A stretch of 64,000 bases of DNA from Octopus vulgaris (Eukaryota): assembly GCA_951406725.2 (NCBI GenBank), contig OX597818.1, forward strand, positions 31,434,001 through 31,498,000, in the 5' to 3' direction. Positions 26,264-40,449 of this stretch are shown one piece after another. The notes beneath the pieces are model-generated. The model ran no database searches and was not told where the DNA came from. It saw only the letters and a program-made list of their open reading frames with translations. Both the position numbers and the translations under genes were made by a program. Positions within the stretch are counted from its first letter, which is position 1. Each line of letters begins with the position of its first letter.

Positions 26264-26436
26264 TGCTTAGTGGTATTTCGTCTGTCTTTATGTTCTAAGT
26301 TCAAATTCCGCCGAGGTCGACTTTGCCTTTCATCCTTTCGGGGTCGATAAATTAAGTACCAGTTGCGTACTGGGTTCGATCTAAATGACTGGCCCCCTCC
26401 CACAAAATTTCGGGCCTCGTGCCTAGAGAAGAAAAG
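26264..26436 (+). mobile_element. SINE family B, tail B2, 5'-truncated
   Basis: Family B domain followed by the alternative tail TGGCCCCCTCCCACAAAATTTCGGGCCTCGTGCCTAGAG. Confidence 0.8.
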
Positions 26437-27232
26437 CGTAAATAAGATTATGGATTCCTTCTTTTTTAAAAAGAAAATGTTACTTCAATACGTGTTTAGC
26501 TGAACTATAATTTAACTTTTAAGTTTCACTTTGTAACATTGTAAAAGGGAAGTTAATTTAGGTTTCCTTTAGGTGAGAGGCAAGGCGAATTAGGAGCCAA
26601 TAAGGCTTACATACTCGATTATTGACCTAGGGCTGCAGGCGTTCATCTAACCTCAACGTCATTTAAACTCTAACAACTGTTATGGCTATACCAATGTTGC
26701 CAAACGTAATTGGTCTTTAAATTGGCAAGCCATTTTCTCATGCAGTGTCATTAGGTTAATTAATTATAATTATAAATGATCTTGAATACACTACGTTAAT
26801 TTTAAAATCAACTAGAATTTAGGTATCAGCTAGGTGACTATTTTCATTAGCTACGTTGTTTTAGAATACGCTAAATCAAGCTATAAATTAGCTAAATTAG
26901 CAATCATTATTGGAAGGAGAGAAAGTCGATGTAGTAGCGAAGAGAGTGTAAATGCAGTCCCTGCGCAAAACGTCAACATGTGAACTAAATGAATGATTGA
27001 GCGACGGCACAACCTTCCCTCTACGCAAGTATTATCGAGGCCCACTGTAGTAATTAAACCTTTAAAACAAGCATTATGAATATCTAGAATTTATTTTGAT
27101 TAATTATTTTGATGAATTATTAGCTTCTAATTTGAATAAAGTTTTAAACAAGTATCACGAACTCAGGCTGTGTTTATGCGGGAGATCGTTATGCGAAATA
27201 TTGCCGTGTATATATAAACATGCATATACGTA

Positions 27233-28290
27233 GTTGGTTGTCAGATAAATCCCAGCGTAACTTTCCATTAATTTCAATACTTATTTTACATCAACAATTT
27301 TAACAACTCAGTCGATATTATATTTTCCTTCATAGTTTCACAATTTATTGTCAGCTTTCCCCTAGCTTGTCGACACCTTGGCGATAGAAACCGCCAGGTC
27401 TTAATTCGAAGAATTCAACTAACCACGTTTTCTGCTTCACGTGACTGTTGAACGAAACGCCTCGTAGGCTGTGGAAGAGAGAGCGAAAAAGTAATAATAT
27501 GAAGGTAGAATGTCTGGCAAATAGATTGAGCGCGGTAGAACTTCTCAACCGAGAACTTAAATTGCATTTTTCATTATAGAACAAAATGGAGGCTATTTAA
27601 GTATTGTCGTATTGAAGAAGTACGCCGTCTCACTGGTCGGGTCGTTCAGCTGTATTGCCTCGTTTAGGCGGTGAATATGTCGAACGTAAAACTCTTCAAT
27701 GACCGTGTGTTTTTTACTAGCAGTTCCTGGTGTATTAGCCCTTCTCAATACCACCAAACACAAATCATCGTCATGCGTAATTGCAACTCAGGATTGTCTC
27801 GAGGTGTTGCTTACTTGTCAGGATTTAGCCGTCTTTTCCTCTGCTTCATATTCATGTAAAACTGGCACTCATTCGGTTACGACGACGGGGGTTCCAGTTC
27901 ATCCAATCAATGGAACAGCCTACTCGTAAAATTAACGCGCAAGTGGCTGAACACTCCATAGACCACATGTACCCTTAACGTAGTTCTCAGGGAGATTCAG
28001 CGTGACACAGAATGTGACAAAGCTGGCTCTTTGCAATAGAGGTACTTCTCATTTTTGCCAGCTGAGTGAACAGGAGCAACGTGAAATAAAGTATCTTGCT
28101 CAAGAACAAAACGCGTCGGCGAGAATTAAACTCAAGGCCTTACGATCGTGAACCGAATACCTTAAGCACTAAGCCACGTGCCTTACTCCTATTCATGTAA
28201 GTACATAATTTCTCATCGTAGGTGGCGATGCGGTAATAAAATCTATGTTCCCGTCTACGAGTAGCCTGGAGTCGAACGAGCAAACTATAT
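27233..28290 (-). mobile_element. Degraded mariner (DD34D) transposon interrupted by a SINE
   Basis: Frameshifted minus-strand translation gives YRIATYDEKLCTYMN (cf. RIVTGDEKW.LY.N), MICVWW, VLLQYDN (cf. LLQHDNA), EVLPRSIYLPD (cf. HPPYSPD) and LFRSL...LRGVSFN...FFELRPGGFYRQGVDKL; TIR-like TTGGTTGTCAGATAA at 27234. Confidence 0.8.
27862..28184 (-). mobile_element. SINE family C with 11-bp TSD
   Basis: Homologous to 2750-3066; TSD TATTCATGTAA at 27849-27859 and 28190-28200. Confidence 0.85.
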
Positions 28291-28447
28291 ATACTGTCAG
28301 TATAAGAAGTACACGTAAGCCCATGCTGTAGTAATACAACAATATTACAAGAGCCTTAGATTGCCCTCAGTAAATTAGACGGGGTACTAAAGAGAATGAA
28401 AGAGGCCAAATCGGCTCAGCAGGAACGGACTATATACATATACATCA

Positions 28448-28488
<41 letters not shown>

Positions 28489-28854
28489 CACACACGCGCA
28501 CACACACACATCTATGTATGTATGTGTGGTGTGTACGACCCCAGACGATGAGGTAGGCTAGCCCAATACGTAGATATATAGGGAGAAGTCTAGACGTCGT
28601 TGAGTAGCGATAGAGAAGAGCAGAGTTGTGTAGAGGTCATCCGAACGTGAGACATAACAGTATGTATGTATGTATGTATGTATGTATGTATGTATGTATG
28701 TATGTATGTATGTATGTATGTGTGTATGTATGTATGTATGTATGTATGTATGTGTATGTATGTATGTATGTATGTGTGTATGTATGTGTGTATGTATGTA
28801 TGTATGTATGTATGTATGTATGTATGTATGATGTTTGTATGTGTGTATATATAC

Positions 28855-29787
28855 CAGCTATAGAACATGTGATCCGCAGGCAGGAACTCAAGATACAGGG
28901 TGGTCCACACCAGCCCGAACCTGAGGAAATTTCTGTCGAGGAAAATTATCACAGAAAATATCGTGGGATGCACACTAACCAACTGTCTAATCAAGGACAT
29001 CAACATATACTTGTGGGCCTATGCGTATACAGAGTAGTCTGCAGTAAATATGGAGCATCCTGCATCAGGTGTACCACTAGTAAATTGCACATCTGTATAA
29101 AAGAACACATGCACACGGACACTTCAATAAAGAAACACCTAAACGTGCAAAACTCAGAATTGTATACCATTCACATTTCTTGGACCTCTCTTTCTTTAGC
29201 TCCCACTATTTCCCACTTGTTTATCTCCCCTGTACCCTTTTCTTTGTCTCTGATTTTTTTTATAATCCTTCAATCCCGCTGTCCCCTACCAATCTCTCAT
29301 CCTTCCATGTGACCGGTGTCCGGCCAGCCATGATCTTTCTTTCTTGGCCTGACTGCCGACCGCCAACACCTCTTGTGTCCATCTCCCATGTTCCTACCTT
29401 TAGGCTTTCACTTCATACATGCCAACTCAATTTGATTCGTTCTCAGTCGAAAGACCCCTGTTGTTATTACTTGTTGTTTGTATTCGTAATTGTGTACAAT
29501 GTTCTCCGTTATTTTGTATGTTTTGTTTTGTCTTTGTTGCCTTATACATTCGCTGGCTTTCTTACAAAGGGGCCTAATACTCTTAGCTTAGACTTTTTGG
29601 GGAGCAACCAGATCGAACCATCTCAATTATAAATGCCCGAAATGGTCGTGACTTCAGCAACTTGACTGATGAAAGAAAGCCACGAAGGACCCGTCTATTT
29701 TTGCCTGTTCTTCCAATTGTTTCTCTTGTCCGCATTTGTATCGTCTAACTGTCCAAACGCTTTAATGCCCTTTATTGCGTTTTTGTT

Positions 29788-29790
<3 letters not shown>
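28855..29790 (+). mobile_element. 3' part of a Penelope-like element: GIY-YIG remnant plus 3' UTR/pLTR (family H)
   Basis: CVYRVVCSKYGASCIRCTTSKLHICIKEH (about 29020-29110) matches the PLE GIY-YIG pattern VY.I.C..C...YIG.T.R.LH.RIKEH; the UTR contains reversed-order HHR strands at 29617-29672; ends at (TA)n. Confidence 0.7.
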
Positions 29791-29832
<42 letters not shown>

Positions 29833-30293
29833 CACACATATATATATATAAATGTATATATATACATATACATACATAATATATATACACATACATATAT
29901 ATATATATATGCATATACATATAAATATATATATTTAAAAATATATCTACATGTCAATCTATGTATGTATATACGTATGCATGTATATATATACGTATGT
30001 ATGGATGTATGTATATATGAATGCATGTATGTATGTATGCATATACGTATGTATGTATGTATGTATGTATGTATGTATGTATGTATGTATCTATCTATCT
30101 ATCTATCTATCTATATATATATATATATATATATACATTAGATATATCTACAAATACAAATATATATATATACATACACCTATCTATAAACGTATTCACA
30201 TGCACATATGCATATTTATATATATACATGTGTCAATGAATATATATATATATATATAGTACAAATTTACAAAGCTGTTGGGTGTGTACACGC

Positions 30294-30340
<47 letters not shown>

Positions 30341-31081
30341 TATATATATACATATACGTATACATGCATGCACAGAGACACATACATACACACTCACACA
30401 TAAATGTCATATCATATCGCATCGTCATATCGTAGCCGTATACATGGCGAGAATATATCTATAATACGTACATGCCTATATTAGTTGGTAAGTTGTATTA
30501 CATTCTAAAGTCTCGACACATGTTTACCATTATCAATTGGCCGTATAAAAAATACACGGTTTTCCGCCCCTAAAATCTGAGTCGCTGCTTTTATATATGT
30601 ATTTCGATACATATACTTTAGTCGTTTCCATACCACATCTCGGCGGGAAATCGTTTATCTCTTGCTATGTTTTTGAATTATTGCTAATTCCGCTGTAATC
30701 CAAAATCACTTTTGGTTGCAAAAATAATATTTAAAAAGTATATATGCTAAAATAAGCAACGAAACAAATAACCCTCTCTTACTATGAAATTATGACATTA
30801 AAGACGTATAATTGGTGACGACTAATTATGATTAGGCACCGCACCAATTATTTCGTAAAAGAATATGTATGCATGTGTGTGCGCGTGCATACGTGCGCGT
30901 GAGCGTGTGAGTGCGTGTAAATAATATAAAAATTTCACTAGTTTAACGAGGACGAGTCATTGAGAGTGGACTTGGTAGACGGAAACTGAAAGAAGGCCTT
31001 CCTATGCATATACATACTTTCATCCATATATATATTCGTGCATATACATACATTCATCCATATATATATATATATATATAT

Positions 31082-31287
31082 AGGGAGAATTCACGAAAAA
31101 AAAACAAGTCGAAGGCAGGTGGAGTAGAAAACAAACAGATGTATTAGTATAACGCTCAGGAATTGAAAAAGTATTTAACGTTTCGAGCCTACACTCTTCG
31201 ACAGAAAGGAACACAGACTGAAACACGGAGAGAAACAAGGAGAGAAAAAAATGTGTGCAGTGGCTACCGATTTATCATGGCGAATGT
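31082..31287 (-). mobile_element. Family J HHR-bearing element
   Basis: Reverse strand TTT-CTGTCGA-A-GAGT(GTAG)GCTC-GAAA-CG-TT-AAA at 31174-31207. Confidence 0.7.
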
Positions 31288-31356
31288 AATGTGTATGCGT
31301 GTACATATATATGTATATATATATTTGTATATGTATATATATGTAACATTATTAAT

Positions 31357-31748
31357 AATAATGATAATGGAGATTTGGGTATCAATAATATATTATACAA
31401 TTGCCTACTCCATAATAACATGTCTTACACGTGTTTCCACTGCAGCAACTGCACACTGCTGCAGCTACAACCTTGCAATATTGTCAGTGCAGATTCTAAA
31501 AGGTCTTTATCTTAGGACTGGTTCGAATAATACTGGACGAAGAAAGTGTTTCTTGTTTAGCCTTCAGCAGAAGGTAGAGGTGTTGCTATTTAGAGGAACT
31601 TAAACTAGAGCTCACCCCTGCCGCAGTTGTAGGTTGAGCAACAGTGTACAGTCGCTGCAATGAAAATCCGTGTAGGTCATGGTAATATGCAGTAGATAAA
31701 TCTAAAATAAGCTATCGATGTGCAAATATCAATACTCGTTATCATTAG
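31357..31748. repeat. Old imperfect foldback (arms about 110-130 bp)
   Basis: CATGTCTTACACGTGTTTCCACTGCAGCAACTGCACACTG pairs with CAGTGTACAGTCGCTGCAATGAAAATCCGTGTAGGTCATG, with weaker pairing further out. Confidence 0.7.
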
Positions 31749-31954
31749 TTTTATTTTCCACTCTATGGAACCATTACCGACATGAGTAGGACACACAGAA
31801 TTACCAAACGAAAACGTTTACCCATGTTTAACGACTTCTTGTAAGCACGGGCATCGAATACAGACCGCTCTGTTAGCCGGCATCTGGAACCAAACCGAGA
31901 GCAAACACGTTATCCTCGTGGATAATATGTCCCTGCAAAGTAATATGTATATAT

Positions 31955-32358
31955 ACTCTTTTACTTGTTTCAGTCATTTGACTGCGGCCATGCTGGAGCA
32001 ACGCCTTTAGTTGAGCAAATCGACCCCAGGACTTATTCTTTGTAAGCCTAGTACTTATTCTATCGGTTTTTTTTGCTGGACCGCTAAGTTACGGGGACGT
32101 AAACTCCCCAGCATCGGTTGTCTAGCGATTTTGGGGAGACAAACACAGATACACAAACATATACACACAGATACATATGTATACATATACATATATATGA
32201 TGTAATTCTTTGTTTCCATCTACCAAAACCATTCACAAGGCTTTGGTCGGCCTGAGGCTATAGTAGAAGACATTTGCGCAAGGTGCCACGCAGTGGGACT
32301 GAACCCGGAACCATGTGGCTGGTAAGCAAGCCACATACCACACAGCCACTCCTGTGCC
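31955..32358 (-). mobile_element. SINE family A
   Basis: Full-length homology; short head duplication at 32364-32380. Confidence 0.85.
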
Positions 32359-32379
32359 CATAACTTACCACACAGCCAC

Positions 32380-32662
32380 TAGAGACGGAAAATGGAATAT
32401 ATGAGACACTTTATTGCTCACAACGATCGTTTTGACCCTGTCCCTCGCCATTCCTGCTCAATGGTTTAATATTATGGTCATTAATTGTATGATGTATAAA
32501 CAAGGTTTATTTAACGAGATTCCTCTTCATGAGACGCTTCTGATCGAAGGATGCATCAGAGCCAGCTGTACAGTATCCTACCCGTTAGGGATCAATGAAC
32601 GATGGGTCGAAACGATCGTTGTGAGCAATAAAGTTTCTCGAATATTCCATTTACCATCTCTA
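32380..32662. repeat. Foldback with about 58-bp arms containing an HHR 3' half
   Basis: Arms 32380-32438 and 32604-32662; the right arm starts GGGTC-GAAA-CGATCG-TT. Confidence 0.7.
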
Positions 32663-32932
32663 TTATTTGTTATTAACTCAACGAATACTGAGGAATTCTT
32701 GAGGTAGATCTAGAGACAATTGAGTAAATACAATTGATGACATCAGGTAGCCATAGACAGCGAGCGTCCTTCGTTGGGTAACTACTAGGTACATACCCAA
32801 TACTTAAATAATTACACACACACACACGAGACGTACGTGTGCCTTTGTGCTTGCGTTTGTCCTCCACTACACTGCTTGACGACCAGTATAACGGCAGTCT
32901 AATGACTGTAACAAGTAAAAGATATATGTGTA

Positions 32933-33038
<106 letters not shown>

Positions 33039-33338
33039 TACATATACATATATATGCACATACACACACACAGATATATATGCACACACAATAAGAGTTC
33101 AGGATTCAAGTGAATCAGGTATTTAAAAAGTAAACCAGTCGTTTACAAAGCAAAATTAGAACTTATACATACCAAAGTACAGACAGATTAATACTCAAGT
33201 TGCATATATACAATAACAATTCGTGTATATTCACCTTATGAAAACGTTTTTCTTTCTTTTTCGTATGATATAATTATATTCATCAATAAAAAAAACTCGT
33301 TGTGAATGAACAAATTTCCATCTGTTGTCATTTGTTTA

Positions 33339-33376
<38 letters not shown>

Positions 33377-34879
33377 TGTGCGTGTGCGTGTGTGTGTGTG
33401 TGTGTGCGTGTGCGTGTGTGTGTGTGTGTGTGTAGCCGATTGATTGCCTTCGTTATATTAGTGATATTCAATTTATGTTCACCGATTCAAAATTACGGAA
33501 ATGCAAATTATATGGACTTTAAATCTTGAACTCCCAACATTAGTTAGTACCCCATCCAAAACAACCCCCCAGAAATCTAACATTTACCTGAACAGGATTT
33601 AAATTGAGAATGTGGAGTGGCGGAAATAAATTCTTTAATTCATTTAGTATCAAACTCTGCGGTTTCTACGATGATAACAAACAGGTTGAAAGGAAATTGT
33701 ATAAAAAGGCATCTTCGATGTAAGCGAAGGGAGATTGCTGGTCTCTAGTCAAGATTTATGTTTGTTCGGAGGTTACATCTAATCTTTAACCGAATCACAT
33801 TTCTTTAGCGTTAAACAAATGGGAATCTATTTCCTCAGGGATACGACGCCTGTCTTGTTGTAGAAAACTTTCAGTACAACCAGAAAAGTCTTATCAATTA
33901 TTCAATACAACGATAAGTTATTACAATGTGATACAGAATGCACAAGTGAATTCAATAGAAGTATTTTGGATACGAAATGTTGACCACTCATTTATTTGAT
34001 AAGCCATCGATTCGGCCATTTCCAACCGTAAAACGTTTCTCTATTTATACCTAGGTGAAATAGTTGATCTGCGTTAGAAACTATTATTTTCAATTTATCA
34101 AGTCTTCATGAAAAACAGCGTATAGATCGTTAAAAAGCATTGAATCAAGTTTGGGGTACCTTAAACATGTTCGTTTGAATCGTTCTTACAATGTTACAGG
34201 TACTTATTCTTCGTCAAATCTGACGAAATTAAATGAAAACTTAACTTCGTGTACAATTTGAAATCAGTGCATATAGACGCAATAAAGTACTGTGAAGCAT
34301 TTAGTATAATGTTCTCTTGTTTCAATAATTCACAGCGGTTCTTTGATATTGTATGACGTTTAACATATTTTCAGACCATTTCGTGTAGTATACATTTAGT
34401 GTATTTGTTTCCATTAATGACACTCTTAAATGTTTACCATATTTCCATATTTGTGTAGATATCAGAGGTGTTTTGATAGATTACCTAGATGAATTCTTAC
34501 TGAAGAAATCTTAGAAGTGCCGTGTTAGGTGTAATAATGATAATGACAAAAAGTAGAAGACGGTGGAAGAGAGAACAGTACCGGCGACAAAGACGAAGAC
34601 GTTGATGCTGCTGCTGATGATGATGATGGTGGGGATGAGGAAGAGGAGGAAGACGTTTGTTTTATTTGTCTCAAAAGCGAAAATAGATAATATTCAACAT
34701 ATAGGGTAAAGATTAAGGGAACGAAAACTATGGGAAATTAAGAACTGAAAAATGTATAGAATTTATAAACTAAAATATCCTTTAACAACATATGCCATGA
34801 AATCATAGCAGAAAATTAAGAGTGAAACAGTCCAGCTACTCTCAATTACTTTCCATAAATTTTATTGGAGCACATCCTA

Positions 34880-35410
34880 CTTCACACTCGCATTTCTTTT
34901 TAAGCGGTGTTTTGAAAGATGGATGAGGTTTTGGTCAAAGAGCAAATGTCCAGACCTTAGTTTTCATAGTTCTGACCAGAGAGAAGAAAACTACCAGCCG
35001 CTTCTTGTAAAAAGGTGGCGATGCGTTTAATGTAACTCCAAAATTCAGAAGAATTTAATACACTGAATGACAGAATGGTAATGGTACAGTGCCTCTAAAG
35101 TCTATCAAACGGCGTAGCAGATAAAAATCAACACATATCCGCAAGTAAAATTCTACACACTGAAAGGGCTGATGTTCTAAAGGCTTCATTACTTAAATAG
35201 AAGATAGCGAGCGACTGATAGCATTCCAGACGACCAAACTTCATTCATGTTGGACTCAGAGGGATGTAGATCGGTCAAATACACTAGTTACAGCTCACAA
35301 CTGCTCACTGGAAAATTTCGTCATGTCTTACCTCAGATACAGTATGCCGCAACATCTGTGCTGTGAGTGCTGGCCTTTGATGGGGCTTGAAAACCCATCT
35401 AAGGAAAGCA
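34880..35410 (+). mobile_element. Possible degraded RTE LINE 3' end
   Basis: Only scattered motifs: KRWRCV, DR..W and GLKTHLR (zinc-finger-like end). Confidence 0.3.
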
Positions 35411-36627
35411 AAACTGCAGATGTTCCTAAACAGTCAAATGCACCGGGACCAATGCAAAAAAATTAAGTGTTCACTGATTATGAGAAATATACAAGTATCT
35501 ACCATTTCCGCCCAGTCTTTCAGAGAGTGCACTCATTCGGCCAATTCCTGGTTGGTTTCAGCAACCCTTTTTATTTCAGTTGCGCTTGATGTTCCAGACT
35601 GAGCGAGAAGCTGATGATTTAACAAAGTTCGTGGTCCAGTGTCAGATGTGGGTCAGAATGGAAATGCTTCTAAGCACATACTTGTCCTGGCTTATCCTGA
35701 TTAATGATTAAATTAAAGAGCGGATGGGGACTCAAAACCAGAAAGAAATGGAAAAAAAAAACTAAATTCGAACGCAACAACGAATATACCGAAATTCTTA
35801 ATGACCAACAAGATAACGAAAATTGAAATAGACCAGCACATAGAAAGAATACACACTAAAAATAAAAACAGAACAAGTGATTGCACATAAAAAAGATGAT
35901 CTATCAGAGATCAATGAAAGCTTCAAAACAAAACCTCTCACGCGCAAAACAACTACATGAAACTCTTTTCATTATCCTAAACTCGATGAAATAGGTATAT
36001 ACATATTCAGGAACTGTTAGAGCTGTCGGAGATGTTTTTCAGTATTTGTTCTGAATCATTGCGTTTTCAATTTTTGGGTCTTTGACTTAATCCATGATCC
36101 CGTATACAACAACCACCGAGATATCAGCTGCCTCTTTAGCGATGTTCATTCGGTTGATAAGTTTTAAGACAGGTCTCTGGTTTGAGGATAACTACTTGCA
36201 TTCGTTCAACGTTTCAGATGCACTGAAGAAAATAGAATCATAGGCGCTGCCCTTTCTTCATTAACTAAACGATAAAGAAACATATATTCATGTACTTAAG
36301 AGAATTACTATGTTAATTTATAATATTGCGTCTTGGTTGGAGTAGAAAATCGAATTATTTTGAGAAAAGTCGATTAAAATCAATGTTACAAAAATTGGAA
36401 TTCTGTCATCTTAGAGAAGCTTTGAAATCGTTAATTAGATTCAGCTGTTTTCAAACAGATAAATATATATGTTTTTTTAAATGTGCTCAAAAAATTCTAT
36501 CACATCTTTAGTTAATAGGAATATAACTTCAGAAATACTTTTGTTTCTTCTTCATATCACTTTGCTCTCTATTAACACTTGTTTGAAACAAGTGACATCT
36601 TTCACTTGCAATTACTTCTGTACATTT

Positions 36628-36855
36628 ATTTCTTTATTACCCACATGGAACTGAACATAGAAGAGACAAACAAGGACAGACAAAGGGATTAACTAGTAGT
36701 TATTAAATCGACCCCGAAAGAATGAAAGGCAAAGTCGACCTCGGCGGAATTTGAATTCAGAACGTAGCGGCTAACGAAATAGCTATTTCTTTACTACCCA
36801 CATGGGGCTAAACACAGAGAGGACAAAAAGGCCAGACAAACGGATTAAGTCGATT
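36628..36855 (-). mobile_element. Tandem SINE family B fragments
   Basis: Homologous to the family B domain and B1 tail. Confidence 0.75.
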
Positions 36856-37889
36856 TCCTTTACATATTGGTGGCCTTACCCCATGTCTTTTATGAGTTCT
36901 CTGCTATATAAGATCGATGATACTTAAATATTCGGTAACTCAAAACTCTATTTTACACAATAGCATTTTACTAACTTCCTCGTACATCGTTTCTAAAGGG
37001 GAAAACTAGCGATTTATTTTAATTAAAACGAAGCTAATTTTACGTAGAATTTATTTCTTATCCATATTTTCTTATAAGAACCTATCCGGCGGTAATTTCT
37101 TTGAGAGATTTACATGCACTAGAGCACTCTATATTAACATTATTTTTTATGGAATTTACTAAAGAAAATATGGACATATGCGAAGAAATTGTATTTGACA
37201 TTGGCGCCGTCGTTTTCTTATTTAATCCCGTCATATTTTTCTCTTTTTGGTTTGAGTATGTGTTCAAAATATGTTTGGATTTAGCTTGAATATATTTTTA
37301 AGAAAACAAAATGTGACCTTTCTAAATATACCACACCGCCATAGCGCCCATTGATACTTACTTCCTCCTTGCAACTCGTAATGACGTCCAGTTTAAAGAC
37401 AGCTGCCTGAGTTCAAGCCTGTCGATTTTCAGTGAAAGAAGTTTGTTACGAGAAAAGAAAGAATTTCTAAATAACGAAATGCTTTCAGGAATTTCGTAAA
37501 AATGTAATGATTAGTACCAAAATTGAATGAAGAAGATACCTTGGATATTAAGCAAAAACAGAATCACATAAATATGCCAAGCGAATGAAAGAAAACCACG
37601 GATAAAGATAAGCACGAAATTGAATCCAGTGGAGGGATCTGTTTCGTTTTGATTTGCGATATTAGTCCCTCCTCATAAAGGAGCTCTGCCATTCTATACT
37701 TTATGAATGATTAAATAAAGCATTAATTAAGGCATTGCTTTATTATTGTTTGTGTGTGCCAATGAAAGTTATGTTCCATGTTATCATTGCAAGTATGGAC
37801 AGATTAACGATCATTTTAGTGCCAGCTATAGCGTGATAATAACAAGAATAACAGTAATAAAAAAGGGAAATAGTGAAAACAATAAAAAA

Positions 37890-38499
37890 GATGACGACGA
37901 CGACGACGACGATGACGACGATGATGATGATGGCAACGATGGTAGCGACGGTAGTGGCAATGATAGTTATGATGATAATGACGACGGTAGTAGTGATGAT
38001 GGTGATGATGGTGATGGTGATGATGGTGATGGTGATAATGGTGATGAGGGTGATGAGGGTGATGGTGATAATGGTGATGGTGGTGATGGTGATGATGATA
38101 ATGGTGATGGTGATGATGATAATTGGTGATGGTGGTGGTGATGGTGGTAGTGATGAGGGTGATGGTGATGATGGTGATGATGGTGATGGTGATGATGATA
38201 ATGGTGATGGTGATGATGGTGATGGTGATGATGGTGATGTTCATGAGGGTGATGGTGATGATGGTGATGGTGATGGTGATGATGGTGATGGTGGTTGTAA
38301 GGATGGCAATGATGACGACGACATGGCGGTGTTAGTGGCAGTGACGGTGGAGGTAGTGGTGGCATTGTTGTTGTTGGTGGTGGTGATGATGACGATGACG
38401 ATGATGACACAGGTAGTGATGATAATCATGATGACAACGACGACGACGACGATGATGATTTTGATGATGATAATGAGGATGATGATGATAATGAGGATG

Positions 38500-38555
<56 letters not shown>

Positions 38556-38560
38556 AATGA
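37890..38560. repeat. Compound (GAT/GGT/GAC)n trinucleotide array
   Basis: Read directly from the sequence. Confidence 0.95.
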
Positions 38561-39231
38561 TAGTGTCACCCTTCCCGCCGCTGCAACGCCTGTCAATGCT
38601 GTACTTCTCACGGCTGCTCTTCCTACCACTGTTTGCTACTGCTGCTGCTACCGCTGCAGATAACAAACACCAGTGTAGTAGTGGTGGGTATTTGGGGTTT
38701 ATCACGCTGGTCATCGTCGCTCTCGTTGTAGTTGTTGTTATTGCCTCTGTTGTTGCTATTGCTATTTTGCTACTGTCTTTGTCGCTTTATAACGAAATTT
38801 TTAAAAAAAACAAACACAAACGGAAAAAGCAAAAAACAAACAAAAAACAAACAAACAAACGAATATCTTGGGTTATAATAATACCAAGAATAAAACTATA
38901 AATTCTAATAAATAAAATGGATTTAATCTCCTTTAGAGCGTATTGTCAGGAAATGTTGCTAGTTTACAACTGAACGTAGGGAGCTGATTAAAAATTTTGG
39001 ATTTTATAAAAGCATTTAAATTAATCACGGAATCAACATGTACCGTAAAAAGCAACAATCTTAATTTTGAGGACAGAAAGTGAGACTTATTCTTCTACGG
39101 ATGGTTATAACTACGGCTTAAGATCTATGAAATGAAAATTACTACGGATGACCGTAAAGGCAACTTTTAATCTGGAAATTTATAAATATTTTATTTTAAA
39201 TGTGAAGCTTAAAATTCAATACAAGAACCAC

Positions 39232-39264
<33 letters not shown>

Positions 39265-39654
39265 TCTCTTCCTCTCTCTCTCACTCTGTCTATCTGTCTT
39301 TGTCTTTCCCTTTCTTCCTATATTTCTGTATATGCATGCACACAAGTGCGCAGACGTACGCACACTCGCACGCACACACACACACTCACACACACACAAG
39401 TACTCACACGCAAGCACAGCCATAATCATAAGTCAGTATTCTATTAATCATTGATTGCAGGTTCGGACACAGTAAGAGGATTTTTTGGGATTTAAATTTT
39501 GTGACTCAGAAATTGTGATCTGATAAAGAAGTTTGGACATGGTAATCATATCGATCAGAGTTGCATGTCACTGTCTGTGTTTGAGATCTAGTAATTGGAT
39601 ATACCAGCCCTCTTCCACAAGCACATACGTGCTCTCTTATACACACGCACGCGC

Positions 39655-39922
39655 ACCTTCATTTTGGGATCACCAATGCTTTATTATCTCCCATTCTTCC
39701 TAGCTCTCCTGTGTGATCCCTCTGTCCGGCATTCGACATGATAGTTCGCTAGGCACTACACATTCTTTATTTTCTCTCCTTGTTTCTTTCTGTGTACCTT
39801 TCTGTGGCAGAACGAAGGCTCGAAACGTTAAAGACTTTTTAACTTCCCGAGCGTTAAACTAATACCTCTGTTTGTTGTCTACACCACTTGGCTTCGTCTT
39901 TTGCTTTTTTGTGAATTCTCCC
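39655..39922 (+). mobile_element. Family J element with degenerate HHR
   Basis: CTTT-CTGTGGC-A-GAAC(GAAG)GCTC-GAAA-CG-TT-AAAG at 39798-39833. Confidence 0.65.
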
Positions 39923-39942
39923 TATATATATATGTATGTATA

Positions 39943-40092
39943 AGACGGGCTTCTTTCAGTTTCCGTCTACCAAATCCGATCACAAGGCTTGGTTGGCTCG
40001 AGGTTATAGTAGACGGCACTTACCCAAGGTGCTGTGGGAATGAACCCGGAACCATGTTGCTGGAAAGCAAGCTTCTTATCACACAGCCACTC
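39943..40092 (-). mobile_element. SINE family A head half
   Basis: Homologous to the family A head; adjacent to (TATC)n at 40094-40320. Confidence 0.7.
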
Positions 40093-40176
<84 letters not shown>

Positions 40177-40186
40177 GTATATTAAG

Positions 40187-40240
<54 letters not shown>

Positions 40241-40250
40241 GTATATTAAG

Positions 40251-40306
<56 letters not shown>

Positions 40307-40374
40307 TTATCTATCTATTTATGTATGTATGTGTGTGTGTGTGTATATATATATACATACACAAGCACACACAA

Positions 40375-40449
<75 letters not shown>

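Noticed and set aside
35950-36530. Possible minus-strand mariner relic
   Set aside because: The similarity is too weak to support by eye.
37746-38901. Poly-Asp/Gly, poly-Met and poly-His ORFs up to 342 aa
   Set aside because: They are alternative frames of one (GAT/GGT)n array, with no unique coding content.
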